A stretch of 64,000 nt of DNA from NCBI GenBank assembly GCA_964499705.1, contig CAZCME010000016.1, positions 1-64,000 on the forward strand, given 5' to 3'. A program made the position numbers and the translations under genes. This DNA is from an uncultured bacterium (GTDB lineage: Bacteria; UBA8481). The notes beneath the pieces were generated by a model that saw nothing but the letters and a program-made list of their open reading frames with translations, did not search any database and was not told the DNA's origin. Below are positions 47,114 through 59,624 of the stretch, one piece after another. Every line of letters begins with the position of its first letter. Within the stretch, counting starts at the first letter, position 1.

Positions 47114-47961
47114 ATGACGGAAAAAATATCGCGATGCTGTGGGGACCGATCGGGACCCATATTCTGCGCGAAGTGCAGACCGGGATAGATCAGGCCTTGG
47201 CAGCTTCCGGATATCACGAACTGCGTTGCAATCTCGTGTATGATGCCGATCCCGCGGAACGCCAGGCGCGGTTTCTGAAGAAGATTCTGGATGACGATTC
47301 GGTGGCCGGGCTCCTCGCCGCCTTCGTCCTGATTTCGGAAACGGAAATGAAGAAGTTCGAGGCTCGCGGAAAACCGGTGGTGCTCCTGGACTGCGAACCC
47401 GCCCAGCACATCAGGGGATCCGTCAATGTCGACCACGCGTTTATCGCCACGGAGATCGTCAAGGCGATCGCGGCCCGCGGGCGGAAATCGATCGCCTACG
47501 TCGGCCCGGCTTCCGGCGAAGCATGGGTCTGGTCCCAGCGCCACGGCAGCTTGGCGCTGGCCGTGAAGGAGGAAGGATTGGAATTCGAGTTCGAGATGGA
47601 CACGAATTTCGAATCCGTTGGCGAAGGAGAATCGACGAGGCGCCTTCTGGATCGGCGCGGGGATATCGGAGCGATCGTCTACGCCAGCGACTTGCAGGCG
47701 CTGGGAGGCATGCGCGCGATCAAGGAACGCCGCAGAAAAATTCCGGACGACATCATCGTCATCGGTTTCGACGATTCCAACGCGTCGCGCTCTGTGATGC
47801 CGGCGTTGTCGACGGTACGGCAGCCGTTCATGGAAATGGGATCCGCCGCCGCCCGCATGCTGCTCGATGTCCTCGGGGGCAACAAGAGCGCGCTCCGGAA
47901 TATCAAGCTCGAATCGAAGCTGATTCTCCGCGACTCGTACGGAGCGACCGATATCAAGTGA
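47114..47961 (+). CDS. LacI-type effector-binding domain lacking HTH; start uncertain, possible frameshift
   Basis: Paralogue of the upstream core (GPIGTHILREVQ, SDLQALGGM, VIGFDD, STVRQP); SD-ATG at 47114 is out of frame; in-frame starts at 47059 (GTG) and 47134 (ATG). Confidence 0.75.
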
Positions 47962-50513
47962 AGAGAACCGTGCTTGTCCTTGCTCTTATCGGGACGCTGG
48001 CGGCCGTCCTGGCCGTCGCGCGTCACGTGATGCAGGGAGAAAGCTTCTTGCCCGCGCCGGGAAATTTCAGGACGTCCGGACCGTGGGAGAGCGGGCGCTT
48101 CAAGATGGGTATGGCCGGGAACCGGCCGATCTTCCTCGATCCGAACGGCAAGCCCTTCTATTCCATCGGGATGGTTTATGCCTACGATCCGGAAGCCGGT
48201 CCGTTTGCCGAGCTGACATGGGAGCGGGTGAAGTGGGATCTGGAGGCGATCAAGGCGCACGGCTTCAACACGCTGAATCTCTACGGCGACAAATACCTTC
48301 CCGATGTCCTGGTCTGGTGCGACCGGAATGGCATCGCCGTTGTCCTGCGCACCTCCTACACTGACGGCCTGGATCTCTCCTCCGATCGCCGCGAGTACCC
48401 GGATTTCATGGACAGGCGGCTCCGAGAATTCGCCGCGCAGCGCTACGACACGATCCTTGCACAGGCGACAGGACATCCCAGTCTCCTGGCGGTCGACATG
48501 GACCAGCGCTGGCTCTTTCCGCTCGACTGGTCCGGATCATTGCACTCCGGCGAACCGAAACTGGGACCGGCCGCCCTGGAATATTTCCCCGTCTGGCTTG
48601 AAGAACGCTTCCGCGATATTTCCGCGTTGAACAGCGCATGGGGGCGCTCGTATGCGTCGTTCGCGGATGCGCTCGGCGACCCCGACATCATCCGCGACGG
48701 GAAAATACTTCCGCTCGGAAAACATCCATGGCGGCTCGATGTCGTCGAATACACGCTCTGGACGATCGACGACTTTATTCGTGAACTCTCTTCCGCTCTG
48801 AAAAAGAAGGATCCGGGTCTTCTGCTGACGTGCACGACCGAACATCCCGAGGTGGCTCCGTTTCCCCTGACCCCGGCGAAGGCGGGCATCGATTTCATCG
48901 CTCCCGTTCACTACAACAAGAAGGAATGGTACGACCGCGACTGGATCGCCGCCGGCAAGGCGATCTACGAATCGCGCTGGCATTTCGACATGCAGGGGCT
49001 GCCGGTCTACATCGCGGAAACCGGATGGCGAACGACGCCGCTGGATCAGTGGCCGCGCGTGACCAACTATGCGTTCGCGCGCCCCGGAGACGAGAAGCAT
49101 CTCGCGGGAATGTACCTTCGCCAGAACGCGCTCTGGAACGCCATGCCCTGGATGGTGGGTTGGGCTCACTTCAAGATGTACGACAAGGTTTCGGAGGGCG
49201 ACTTCGGCTACCTGCGGGACAACCGGACCGAGAAACCCGTCTCCACGGCGGGACGCGCGACCAACGCGTTTCTTCAGGTCGCGTCGGATCTTCCTGCCGC
49301 CAACCGCGCGACGATTCTCTATCCGCGTTATGCGCTCGCGTCGGAAAAAGCGGGCATGCGCCAGCTCGCGACGCTTGCGTATTGCCTGGAGGAAGACGCT
49401 CTGTCCGGGCTGGAATCGCTGGCAACCGAAGCGGAATCCTATCTCGACGACGCGAACGCGATGATGAGATCGGCTTATGTCACCTCGAGCGTCCGGACAT
49501 TATCCGAACAATGGTATGCCTTCCGATTTGCTTCCGAGGTTCCCGAGGATCCCGGTATCGTGGTCCTGGCGGGAGATCCGCTGGAGAATCTCTCGCGGAC
49601 GGACCGGGATCAGCTGAAATCGCGGCGGACGGTTTCCTTTTCCCGCGCCGGAGTTCAGGACGAACGATGTCGCGCGACGGAGCCGTGGTTCCTGGAGATC
49701 GCCGGAGCACGGCCCGGATTGTCCGCATCGGAATCCTTCGCGATTCCCCTGGCCGGAATGCTGAATCATGACGCGGCCGGATCGCGCGGAAATTTCGACG
49801 GCGCGGGAGGCGCGTTCCAGGATGCCGCTCTGGCGACGGTGTCGTCTTACTCCGCGATGAAATTCTCCGCCGTCGAAAATGCGGCCGGGCTCGACAATAT
49901 CCAGTGCCTCGGGCAGACGCTCTCCCTGGATGGGAAATCCGGAATCAGCGAACTGCATGCCGTCGTGGCCGTTCATGGCGGGGACGTGGCCTTGCCGCTG
50001 GAACTCCTGTACGACGACGGCACGCGCGAGACGAAGTGGCTGGGAGTGGCCGCCCGGGACTGGTCATCCGCTCCTGATGGAGATCGCTTCCTTCGGGTAC
50101 GCGACATGCGTGGAGGCGCGCGCGTCATGACCCACCTTTCGACGACGGTTCATCCTCTCAGGAAATTGAAGAGCGTTCTTCTTCCCAACGATCCGGCGAT
50201 CCATATCTTCGCGCTCACGCTCGTCGCACGTTCCGAAGGGACCATGATCCCTGTTGCCGTGGACATGGGTGGAGTCCGGATCGAGGGCGTGACCGCATGG
50301 GCCGTATTCCTGCCCTCGGATGCCGTGCCCGCAGATCGGGTTCTCGCCCGATTCTCCGACGGCCGTCCCGCGATCATCCTGTCGGAGGATAAAATGCACG
50401 CGGCGTTTCTCTTTGATCTGCTGACGTGGAACGGCAGCAGGACGATGATCAGCCGCGATCTGAAATCCGTCGCGGAGATCGTTCGCCGCGTTCTGAAATC
50501 GGTGGAGTCATGA
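47958..50513 (+). CDS. Exported clan GH-A-like glycoside hydrolase
   Basis: N-terminal hydrophobic segment; HGFNTLNLY, WLEERFRDISALNSAWG, PVYIAETG. Confidence 0.7.
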   Translation: MKRTVLVLALIGTLAAVLAVARHVMQGESFLPAPGNFRTSGPWESGRFKMGMAGNRPIFLDPNGKPFYSIGMVYAYDPEAGPFAELTWERVKWDLEAIKAHGFNTLNLYGDKYLPDVLVWCDRNGIAVVLRTSYTDGLDLSSDRREYPDFMDRRLREFAAQRYDTILAQATGHPSLLAVDMDQRWLFPLDWSGSLHSGEPKLGPAALEYFPVWLEERFRDISALNSAWGRSYASFADALGDPDIIRDGKILPLGKHPWRLDVVEYTLWTIDDFIRELSSALKKKDPGLLLTCTTEHPEVAPFPLTPAKAGIDFIAPVHYNKKEWYDRDWIAAGKAIYESRWHFDMQGLPVYIAETGWRTTPLDQWPRVTNYAFARPGDEKHLAGMYLRQNALWNAMPWMVGWAHFKMYDKVSEGDFGYLRDNRTEKPVSTAGRATNAFLQVASDLPAANRATILYPRYALASEKAGMRQLATLAYCLEEDALSGLESLATEAESYLDDANAMMRSAYVTSSVRTLSEQWYAFRFASEVPEDPGIVVLAGDPLENLSRTDRDQLKSRRTVSFSRAGVQDERCRATEPWFLEIAGARPGLSASESFAIPLAGMLNHDAAGSRGNFDGAGGAFQDAALATVSSYSAMKFSAVENAAGLDNIQCLGQTLSLDGKSGISELHAVVAVHGGDVALPLELLYDDGTRETKWLGVAARDWSSAPDGDRFLRVRDMRGGARVMTHLSTTVHPLRKLKSVLLPNDPAIHIFALTLVARSEGTMIPVAVDMGGVRIEGVTAWAVFLPSDAVPADRVLARFSDGRPAIILSEDKMHAAFLFDLLTWNGSRTMISRDLKSVAEIVRRVLKSVES

Positions 50514-51700
50514 TCAGGACGCGCGTGTTCGCCGCGGGACTTCTCCTGCTGGCGCTTTCGCTGCTCCAAGGCGCTGTGGAAGCGGGAAGCGCGCGCCTCG
50601 CCGCGGTCCGCACGGATGCGGAAATTCGGATCGACGGGACGCTCGACGAGGAGGCGTGGAAGACCGCGGCTCCGGTTGACCTGAAGCATACCCGCAGCCG
50701 GGATGGATCGACGTGCACCGCCCGGATTCTCTGGGATGACGATCGTATTTACATCGCCTTTGATGCGTTGGACCGGCAGGTGGAGACGGCGGGCGAGGAC
50801 GATTGGAACGATGACGGCGTGGCGGTCTCGTTCATGGTGGACGGCAACCTTCATAAATTCCGGTTCGATATCGGCGGGACGGGCGAGGGCATCGGCCACA
50901 CGGTCGCCGGCAAGTTGAAACCCGGCACGACGCTCTCCAAAACTTCCGACGAGGACCAGGGTTACACGGTCGAATTCTCGGTGCCCTGGAAAACTCTCGG
51001 CTTTATTCCCCGCCCGGGATCCACGATCGCCATGGATTTCGTCTCCATCGATCATGATTTCGCTCCGGGAAAAAAGCACGATGCGGCGGGCGTATCCTTC
51101 TCGAAGCTCTCCCTGGACCGCGACTTCAACATCGATACTTGCAAGAACCTGCTGCCGCTCATCGTGACAAGCGGCGACGATTTCCTGCTGGGGCCGGTGC
51201 CGCTGGAGAACGGATTCGTGACGAACTGGCTTGTGGCGGGACCGTGGCCGACCGAATCGATCGACGAGGATTTTCTCGGAGGCGAATCCGGCGTGAAGCC
51301 GGCGCGCGGCTCTGCCGCGGGCGATCGGACATGGAAGACGGCATTTTCCGGGGAGATGTTCGACCTGGAGGATCCGGATGCTTTCGATACGTTCGACGAC
51401 GGGGTGGGATATGCGGCCGCCTGCATCTGGTCCGAGACGGAGCGCGCTGCGCTGCTGGGCGCCGGAAGCGATGACGGCATCAAGATCTGGTTGAACGGCC
51501 GGTGCATCTGGAGAAACGACGCGGCGCGCTGGGTGCAGATCGGAGAAGACAAGATCAATATCGTCCTGAGAAAGGGGTGGAACACGGTTTTGTGCAAGGT
51601 AAAGGACCTGGGCGGGGGATGTGGCATGTCGTTGAAGATATCGGATCGAAAAGGTGACGCGATGCCGGCGTTGAAGCAGGCGATCGAGCCGGATCGATAG
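50510..51700 (+). CDS. Secreted CBM9/DOMON-like sugar-binding protein with PA14-like domain
   Basis: IDGTLDEEAW, LWDDDRIYIAF, GYTVEFSVPW; GSDDGIKIWLNG...LRKGWN. Confidence 0.75.
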   Translation: MIRTRVFAAGLLLLALSLLQGAVEAGSARLAAVRTDAEIRIDGTLDEEAWKTAAPVDLKHTRSRDGSTCTARILWDDDRIYIAFDALDRQVETAGEDDWNDDGVAVSFMVDGNLHKFRFDIGGTGEGIGHTVAGKLKPGTTLSKTSDEDQGYTVEFSVPWKTLGFIPRPGSTIAMDFVSIDHDFAPGKKHDAAGVSFSKLSLDRDFNIDTCKNLLPLIVTSGDDFLLGPVPLENGFVTNWLVAGPWPTESIDEDFLGGESGVKPARGSAAGDRTWKTAFSGEMFDLEDPDAFDTFDDGVGYAAACIWSETERAALLGAGSDDGIKIWLNGRCIWRNDAARWVQIGEDKINIVLRKGWNTVLCKVKDLGGGCGMSLKISDRKGDAMPALKQAIEPDR

Positions 51701-51745
51701 TTGAGGATTTCGGGAAGAAACGAAAATTGCGTGAGGAGGGGAACG

Positions 51746-52411
51746 ATGAAGAATTTCTGGATACCGGGCATTTTGGGAATGACGTTGATCTCGTGCGGAG
51801 GAAACGCGCCCGCGGCGGCCCCGCCGCCTGTCGCTCCGCCGGCGGCGGAAGCTCCGGCGCCCGCGGAGGAACCGGCGCTCGAAAAGGGAACGGTCACGAG
51901 CGCCGAGTCCGGAAAGATCATCGCCGACTTCGAGTCGATCGGTAAGCTCAACAACGTGGGAGGCGCCTACGACATGTGGGCGAGCGAGGCTCCGAAGGGC
52001 ATGGCGAGCGTGGAAGTCGTGCCGGAAGGTGAAGGCACGGGTTCCGCGCTCAAGATCACCTACGACATCTCGCGTCGAGAGGGCAGCAACGGCGCCTACT
52101 CCGGAATCTGGATGAACCTGGAAGGATTCGACGCGTCCACATCAAAAAACCTCGTGATGTCCGTCAAGGCGGCGAACGGCGCGGGACCGAAGTTCTTCGT
52201 GGAGCTGAAGTGCGGCGAGAATAACAAGTTTGTCGCGCGCGCCGAGGCCAGGAACATCGGATCGGCCTGGACGAAGATTGAAATTCCGCTGGTCGAGTTC
52301 AAGGAGATCACGGATTGGAAAAAGCTGACCCAGATGGCCATCGTCTTCGACCAGAATATTTCGAGCGTGGCGAAGGGCGCTTATTTCATCGACAACATTC
52401 GTTTTGAATAG
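51746..52411 (+). CDS. Lipoprotein with CBM11/CIA30-like carbohydrate-binding domain
   Basis: Lipobox LISC, Pro/Ala linker, IADFE, WTKIEIPL, YFIDNIRF. Confidence 0.75.
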   Translation: MKNFWIPGILGMTLISCGGNAPAAAPPPVAPPAAEAPAPAEEPALEKGTVTSAESGKIIADFESIGKLNNVGGAYDMWASEAPKGMASVEVVPEGEGTGSALKITYDISRREGSNGAYSGIWMNLEGFDASTSKNLVMSVKAANGAGPKFFVELKCGENNKFVARAEARNIGSAWTKIEIPLVEFKEITDWKKLTQMAIVFDQNISSVAKGAYFIDNIRFE

Positions 52412-52470
52412 GCAGCACGGGCGCTGGGGGGCGCCCGATTTTTCATCATGGCGGGAAAGAGGTTGAAGAC

Positions 52471-54615
52471 ATGACGCGATATCGTGGAGGCGAGGCCGTG
52501 AAGTCCGGCGTTCCGCTCGGAGGAATCGGCGCCGGGAAGATCGAGATATTGCCGAATGGCTGCTGGCATGGGTTCACGTTCCTGAACAACACGGAATCGC
52601 CGACTGTTGCGGGGCTCGACAAGGCGTCCGGGCGCGCCACGGGGATACCGGGATTCCACTTCGCCCTTGCCGTCACGAAGGATGCGCAGCGCCGCGCGGT
52701 GCTCCTGCAGACGGAGAAGATCATGGATTTGCCGCTGGCGGCCGGCATCCAGTACGACGGCATCTGGCCGCAGGCTCGCCTCCAGTACGATGTGGGTGAC
52801 CCGGATGTCGAGATCGGCCTGACGGCCGTGAGCCCGGTCGCTCCCGGTGATCGGAAAATCTCGGCGCTTCCGGCGGCTGTCTTTCGATTCCGGATCGCGA
52901 ATCGAGGCCGCAAGGAACTGCGTGTGTCGCTCATGGGGATCATCCGGAACATGGTCGGGATCGATGAAATCAGCCGCTTGAACCGTGTCGAGAAGGATGC
53001 GCGGTCTGTGAGCGTCGTCTGCTCTCATTCCAATCCGTTTCCCGGCGATGCCCAGCATGGCGAGTACGCTCTGACGGTTCCCCGTGAGGGCGATGTGTCC
53101 TGGCTCGGGCAATGGAACATGCAGACGAAGAATTTCGTCTTCGGCCCGGAGCTCATCCGCCTGACGGCATTCGACCTGCTGCGCGACGAGGGGCGTCTTC
53201 CGAGTTCATGCGAAAGCGACCCGCAGCGCGGAGGCAGCGCGGCGCTGGGCGCGGCACTGGCGGTCGAGAAGACGATCGAGCCCGGCAGCAGCACCTCGAT
53301 CGATTTCATTTTCTCGTGGCATTTTCCCCATCATCACGCGGGACATATCTACGAGAAGCATTGGCGATCGGCCGTGTCCGCCGGCCGTCATGCGCTCCGC
53401 GATCGCGCCCGGATCATCCGCAAGTCGGATAAATGGCTCGCTTCGCTGGACGGCGCCGGACTTCCCGACTGGCTGAAGGACGCGCTCTTCAATAATCTAT
53501 ACGTGCTCTCCAGCACGACCTGGTGGGACCGCAAGGGAAACTTCGCCTTTTACGAAGCGCCCGTCATCTGTCCGCTCATGGGGACTCTCGATGTCCGGTA
53601 TTACGCGACCGTCCCCTTCGCGCGGATGTTTCCGGAGTTCGACAAGAGCGAGCTGATGCTCTTCGCGAAGGCGCAGCGCGCCAACGGCTATATCCCTCAC
53701 GACCTCGGCCGAAACCGCCTGGACAATCCCAACGACGGCACGACGCACTTCTACTGGAAGGATCTCAACGCGAAGTTCGTCCTCCAGATCTACCGCGATG
53801 CGCTCTGGCTGAAGGATCGGACATTCCTGGAAAAAATCTATCCCGCCGCGAAGCGGGCTCTGCTCTGGAGCCTGACGACGGACTCCAACGGCGATCATCT
53901 ACCGGACAACCAGGGCGCGGACCAGACCTACGACGTCTGGGAATTCTTCGGCACGAACTCCTATACATCCTCCATCTTTCTCGCATCGCTCCTCGCTTTC
54001 GAAAAGCTCGCCGTCATGATGAAGGACCGCGCGATGGCGCGGCTCTGCCGCGACTGGTTCGAGAAGGGCCGGACGAGCTTCATCGAGCAGCTCTGGAATG
54101 GAAAATATTTCGTCGCCGTTTGCAGCGGCGGCGAGACGTATCCCGCCTCGATCGCGGGCCAGTTGAATGGCCAGTGGTACGCTCATCTGCTGAACCTCGG
54201 ATATCTTTTTCCGAAGGAGATGGTGCAATCGGCGGTTCGCGAGATCACGCGTCTCAACGGAAGCGATTCTCCTTATGGCGTGACAAACAGCATCTTTCCC
54301 GACGGAAAGCGTGACGCCTCGAACGCCCACGCATCAGGAATCTGGCCCGGCGAGAGCTATGCCGTTGCCGCGCTCGCGATCTATGAGGGATATCCGGAGG
54401 TGGGACTGGAGATCGCGAAGAAAACATGGGAGAACATGACGGCGGTCCAGAAAAATCCCTGGAATCAGCCGGACGTGGTGCATGCCGCCGACGGTACTTT
54501 CGGTTTCGGAGACAGCTACATGAGGAACATGGCGATCTGGGCTGTGGCGGAAGCGCTGGGATCATCCCGCCCGAAACTGTGCGCGGCGCTGCGAAAAGCG
54601 TACCGAGGAGGGTAA
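52471..54615 (+). CDS. GH116 beta-glucosidase / glucosylceramidase family
   Basis: GVPLGGIGAG, GTLDVRYY, IPHDLG, WKDLN, DQTYD, GQLNGQWY, YMR. Confidence 0.92.
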   Translation: MTRYRGGEAVKSGVPLGGIGAGKIEILPNGCWHGFTFLNNTESPTVAGLDKASGRATGIPGFHFALAVTKDAQRRAVLLQTEKIMDLPLAAGIQYDGIWPQARLQYDVGDPDVEIGLTAVSPVAPGDRKISALPAAVFRFRIANRGRKELRVSLMGIIRNMVGIDEISRLNRVEKDARSVSVVCSHSNPFPGDAQHGEYALTVPREGDVSWLGQWNMQTKNFVFGPELIRLTAFDLLRDEGRLPSSCESDPQRGGSAALGAALAVEKTIEPGSSTSIDFIFSWHFPHHHAGHIYEKHWRSAVSAGRHALRDRARIIRKSDKWLASLDGAGLPDWLKDALFNNLYVLSSTTWWDRKGNFAFYEAPVICPLMGTLDVRYYATVPFARMFPEFDKSELMLFAKAQRANGYIPHDLGRNRLDNPNDGTTHFYWKDLNAKFVLQIYRDALWLKDRTFLEKIYPAAKRALLWSLTTDSNGDHLPDNQGADQTYDVWEFFGTNSYTSSIFLASLLAFEKLAVMMKDRAMARLCRDWFEKGRTSFIEQLWNGKYFVAVCSGGETYPASIAGQLNGQWYAHLLNLGYLFPKEMVQSAVREITRLNGSDSPYGVTNSIFPDGKRDASNAHASGIWPGESYAVAALAIYEGYPEVGLEIAKKTWENMTAVQKNPWNQPDVVHAADGTFGFGDSYMRNMAIWAVAEALGSSRPKLCAALRKAYRGG

Positions 54616-54657
54616 TTCGACTTTTCAACACCCTCCTTACCGGGGTATAATTTCAGC

Positions 54658-56595
<1,938 letters not shown>

Positions 56596-56663
56596 TATTG
56601 ACTTCGGTCGCGGGCGCGGGCCGGCGCAACCCTGAACTGACTTTCACTCGCGACGCCTGACCC

Positions 56664-57533
56664 ATGACCGACACGGCGCGCGTTCGAACTTCTGCACCCG
56701 CGCGCTGGCTTGTGCGCGACACGCTCTTCTCCGCTTCGGAACCGGTTCACGTCGGAATTATCAACGTGACGCCGGATTCCTTCCATGACGGCGGCCGGCA
56801 TGATGACGCGGATTCCGCCCTGCGGCGCGCGCAGGAGCTTCTGGCGGATGGAGCGCATATCGTCGATGTCGGCGCGGAGTCGACGCGCCCAGGCGCCGAC
56901 GATGTCGCGTCCGGCGATCAGCTCCGCCGCATCGGCCCCCTCGTCGCGAAACTTTCCGCAGCCGGCGCGCTCGTCTCCATCGATACCCGAAATCCGGAAG
57001 TCGCCGCTCGCGCGCTCGAGGATGGCGCGGCCGTCATCAACGACGTCTCGGGGCTTGCCGATCCGGAGATGGCGCGCGTCGTGGCTTCGTTCGGAGCGTC
57101 CCTCGTCATCATGCATACCAAGGGCAATCCGAAGACCATGCAGAAGGAACCGTCTTACGACGATGTCGTCGGCGAAGTCTCGGCCTTTCTTGAGGAGCGG
57201 CTGGCCCATGCGATCGAGGCGGGCGTTCCTCCCGGGAAGATCGCGATCGATCCCGGCATCGGCTTCGGCAAGAGGCTTCGCGACAACCTGGACCTCCTGC
57301 GGAATCTCGGAGCGCTGGCGCGCATGGCGCCCGTCATGATCGGCGTGTCGCGAAAGAGTTTCCTGGGCGCTCTCGGCGCCGGAGAAAAGCCCGCCGATCG
57401 GCTGGCCGGCTCGCTGGCCGCTTCGGTCATCGCGTGGCGTAACGGCGCGCGGATCTTCCGGACGCATGACGTTCTTGAGACGCGCCGCGCCATCGAGGTG
57501 GCGCGCGCGCTCGATCCGGAATCCGCCTCATGA
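56664..57533 (+). CDS. folP: Dihydropteroate synthase
   Basis: NVTPDSFHDGG, ESTRPG, DPGIGFGK, SRKS. Confidence 0.97.
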   Translation: MTDTARVRTSAPARWLVRDTLFSASEPVHVGIINVTPDSFHDGGRHDDADSALRRAQELLADGAHIVDVGAESTRPGADDVASGDQLRRIGPLVAKLSAAGALVSIDTRNPEVAARALEDGAAVINDVSGLADPEMARVVASFGASLVIMHTKGNPKTMQKEPSYDDVVGEVSAFLEERLAHAIEAGVPPGKIAIDPGIGFGKRLRDNLDLLRNLGALARMAPVMIGVSRKSFLGALGAGEKPADRLAGSLAASVIAWRNGARIFRTHDVLETRRAIEVARALDPESAS

Positions 57534-58189
57534 AGACGCTCTTTCCCCAGGTCGGTTCGCAGGTGGAAGTGGTCCTGGGCGGCGACAAGGGCACGGAGCA
57601 CATCCTGGCCGAAGTGATGGATGAAACGGAAGGCGGTCTCATCCTCGCCAGCTTCGATGCCGCCGACGACTTCACTCTGCCCGGGATCAACACGCCCTTG
57701 AAGGTCCGGTTTCATCTCCGCGATGCCGGCTACGAATTCGAATCGATCATCCTTCAGCAGAAACAGAGCCCGCATCGGATGGCCTTCATCGCCAAGCCCC
57801 GCCAGGTGATCCGCAGGCAGCTCCGCGCCTACCTCCGCGTCGACTGCCGGATCCCGGTATCGATCATCCGGAGAGACGACAAGAAACGCAACGTCCTCGG
57901 AGGAACCATCACGAACATTTCCGGCGGCGGCATGCTCATCGAGATGAAGGTCGCGATTCCGCCGGAAGTTCTCATCGAGCTTAAGTTCGACCTGGGGGAG
58001 AGCGGCCAGACGATATCGAGCATCAGCGCGCGGATCGTGAACATCCGGGAAGGACAGGACGGCCAGAAGATCTACGTGCTGCAGTATGAGGGCATGGACG
58101 AGGAACAGCGCATGGCCATCATCCGCTTCACGTTCCAGCTTCAGCGCAAGGCGGCGAAATCGGAGCCTGCGGAGGCGGGAAAATCATGA
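57530..58189 (+). CDS. YcgR/DgrA-like PilZ protein (flagellar-brake type)
   Basis: N-terminal YcgR-like domain; QLRAYLR and NISGGG. Confidence 0.85.
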   Translation: MKTLFPQVGSQVEVVLGGDKGTEHILAEVMDETEGGLILASFDAADDFTLPGINTPLKVRFHLRDAGYEFESIILQQKQSPHRMAFIAKPRQVIRRQLRAYLRVDCRIPVSIIRRDDKKRNVLGGTITNISGGGMLIEMKVAIPPEVLIELKFDLGESGQTISSISARIVNIREGQDGQKIYVLQYEGMDEEQRMAIIRFTFQLQRKAAKSEPAEAGKS

Positions 58190-58953
58190 TGCCGCCCGAG
58201 ATATTCGAATGGCGACATATCGCGGACATCATACTCGTCGCCCTCATCGTCTATCTCTTTCTCCTCGTCTTCCGCGGCACGATCGCGATGCAGGCCCTGC
58301 GGGGGCTCATTCCCGTCGGGCTCGTCGTCATCGTCGCATACTTTTTCTATCTCGAGACGCTTTCCTGGATCATCGAGCGGCTGGCGCCCGTCATCCTCGT
58401 CGGAATCATCGTATTGTTTCAGCCGGAAATCCGGCGCGGGCTTGCGAGAATGGGCGAGCGCAGCTTCGGCTCGTTCATCGCGCTGGAAGGGGAGCGCGTG
58501 ATCGAGGAGGTCGCGCGCGCCGCGGTGGAGTGCTCCAGGAACCGCCACGGGCTCCTGATCGCGTTCGAGCGCGACACGGGCCTGGAGTCGTTCATCGAGA
58601 CGGGAGTGCTTCTGAACGCGGAAGTGACGGAGGAGGTCCTTCTCACGATCTTCTTTCCGAAGACAGCGCTGCACGACGGCGGCGTGATCATCCGCGGCAA
58701 TACCGTCGTCGCGGCGGGATGCACGTTGCCTTTTGCGCATGACGAGAACCTGAAGGTGAAATACGGGATGCGTCATCGCGCCGCGCTGGGGCTTTCGAAG
58801 GAAACCGATGCGGTCGTCGTCGTCGTCTCGGAGGAGAAGGGCGACATCTCCATAGCGACGGGCGGCCAGCTGGTCCGCGGCATCGACGACAAGATGCTGC
58901 GGGAAATGCTGACGCTCTACCTGGGCGGCGGCAAGCCGGGCGGGCGCGGCTGA
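58186..58953 (+). CDS. cdaA: Diadenylate cyclase CdaA
   Basis: Three TMs, FQPEIRR, ALHDGG, GMRHRAA, VSEE. Confidence 0.95.
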   Translation: MMPPEIFEWRHIADIILVALIVYLFLLVFRGTIAMQALRGLIPVGLVVIVAYFFYLETLSWIIERLAPVILVGIIVLFQPEIRRGLARMGERSFGSFIALEGERVIEEVARAAVECSRNRHGLLIAFERDTGLESFIETGVLLNAEVTEEVLLTIFFPKTALHDGGVIIRGNTVVAAGCTLPFAHDENLKVKYGMRHRAALGLSKETDAVVVVVSEEKGDISIATGGQLVRGIDDKMLREMLTLYLGGGKPGGRG

Positions 58954-59624
58954 TGGATCGTCGCACCGTGGAGCGGTTCGCGCTGCCGGTCATATCCGTC
59001 GTCACGGCTTTCCTGCTCTGGGTCTACGTCGTCGGGCAGAAGGAGATGGAGTGGGCTTTTTCGCTGCCGGTCACCGTCGACGTCACATCCGAGGATGTTC
59101 GCGCGGCATCGACCCCCGATCATGTCTCCGTCATCCTGAAGGGCCCCCGCCGCGTCCTGGACGGCATTCCCGGTGAAACCATCGCCATCCGCATGGTCCT
59201 CATAGACGATCAGCCCGGCGAATACCTCCGCAATATCCTGCCCTCCATGGTGCTCGGTCTTCCCTCCGCCGTGCAGATCATCCGCATCGAGCCGGCGGAA
59301 GTGCGCGTCCGACTCGACGAGATCATCGAGATTCGAAATCGTGTCCTCCCGCGATTCAAGGCTCCGGAGGACACGATGCTCTATGTCACGGGATCGGTCG
59401 AAGTGCTCCCGAAGACAGTCGACCTGAGGGGCACGAGAGATGACGTGGGAGCGATCGAAGGCATTGTGACGGATTCCATCGCTGTCGCGGGTCCTCCAGG
59501 CACGAAGTCCATTCTGGTGGATCTCGTGGTGCCCGGGAACGTGACGGCGAAGCCGGGCAAGGTGACGGTCACCTATGAAGTGGGAATGCGCGTCGATACT
59601 TCGCACGCGAGAAGGCCGCGATGA
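58953..59624 (+). CDS. cdaR: CdaR/YbbR family regulator
   Basis: AFLLWVYV anchor, YbbR-type repeats, directly after cdaA. Confidence 0.85.
   Translation: MDRRTVERFALPVISVVTAFLLWVYVVGQKEMEWAFSLPVTVDVTSEDVRAASTPDHVSVILKGPRRVLDGIPGETIAIRMVLIDDQPGEYLRNILPSMVLGLPSAVQIIRIEPAEVRVRLDEIIEIRNRVLPRFKAPEDTMLYVTGSVEVLPKTVDLRGTRDDVGAIEGIVTDSIAVAGPPGTKSILVDLVVPGNVTAKPGKVTVTYEVGMRVDTSHARRPR

Noticed and set aside
46025-47961. Single frameshifted LacI with tandem sugar-binding domains
   Set aside because: The first gene is complete with its own stop and the second has its own strong SD, favouring two genes
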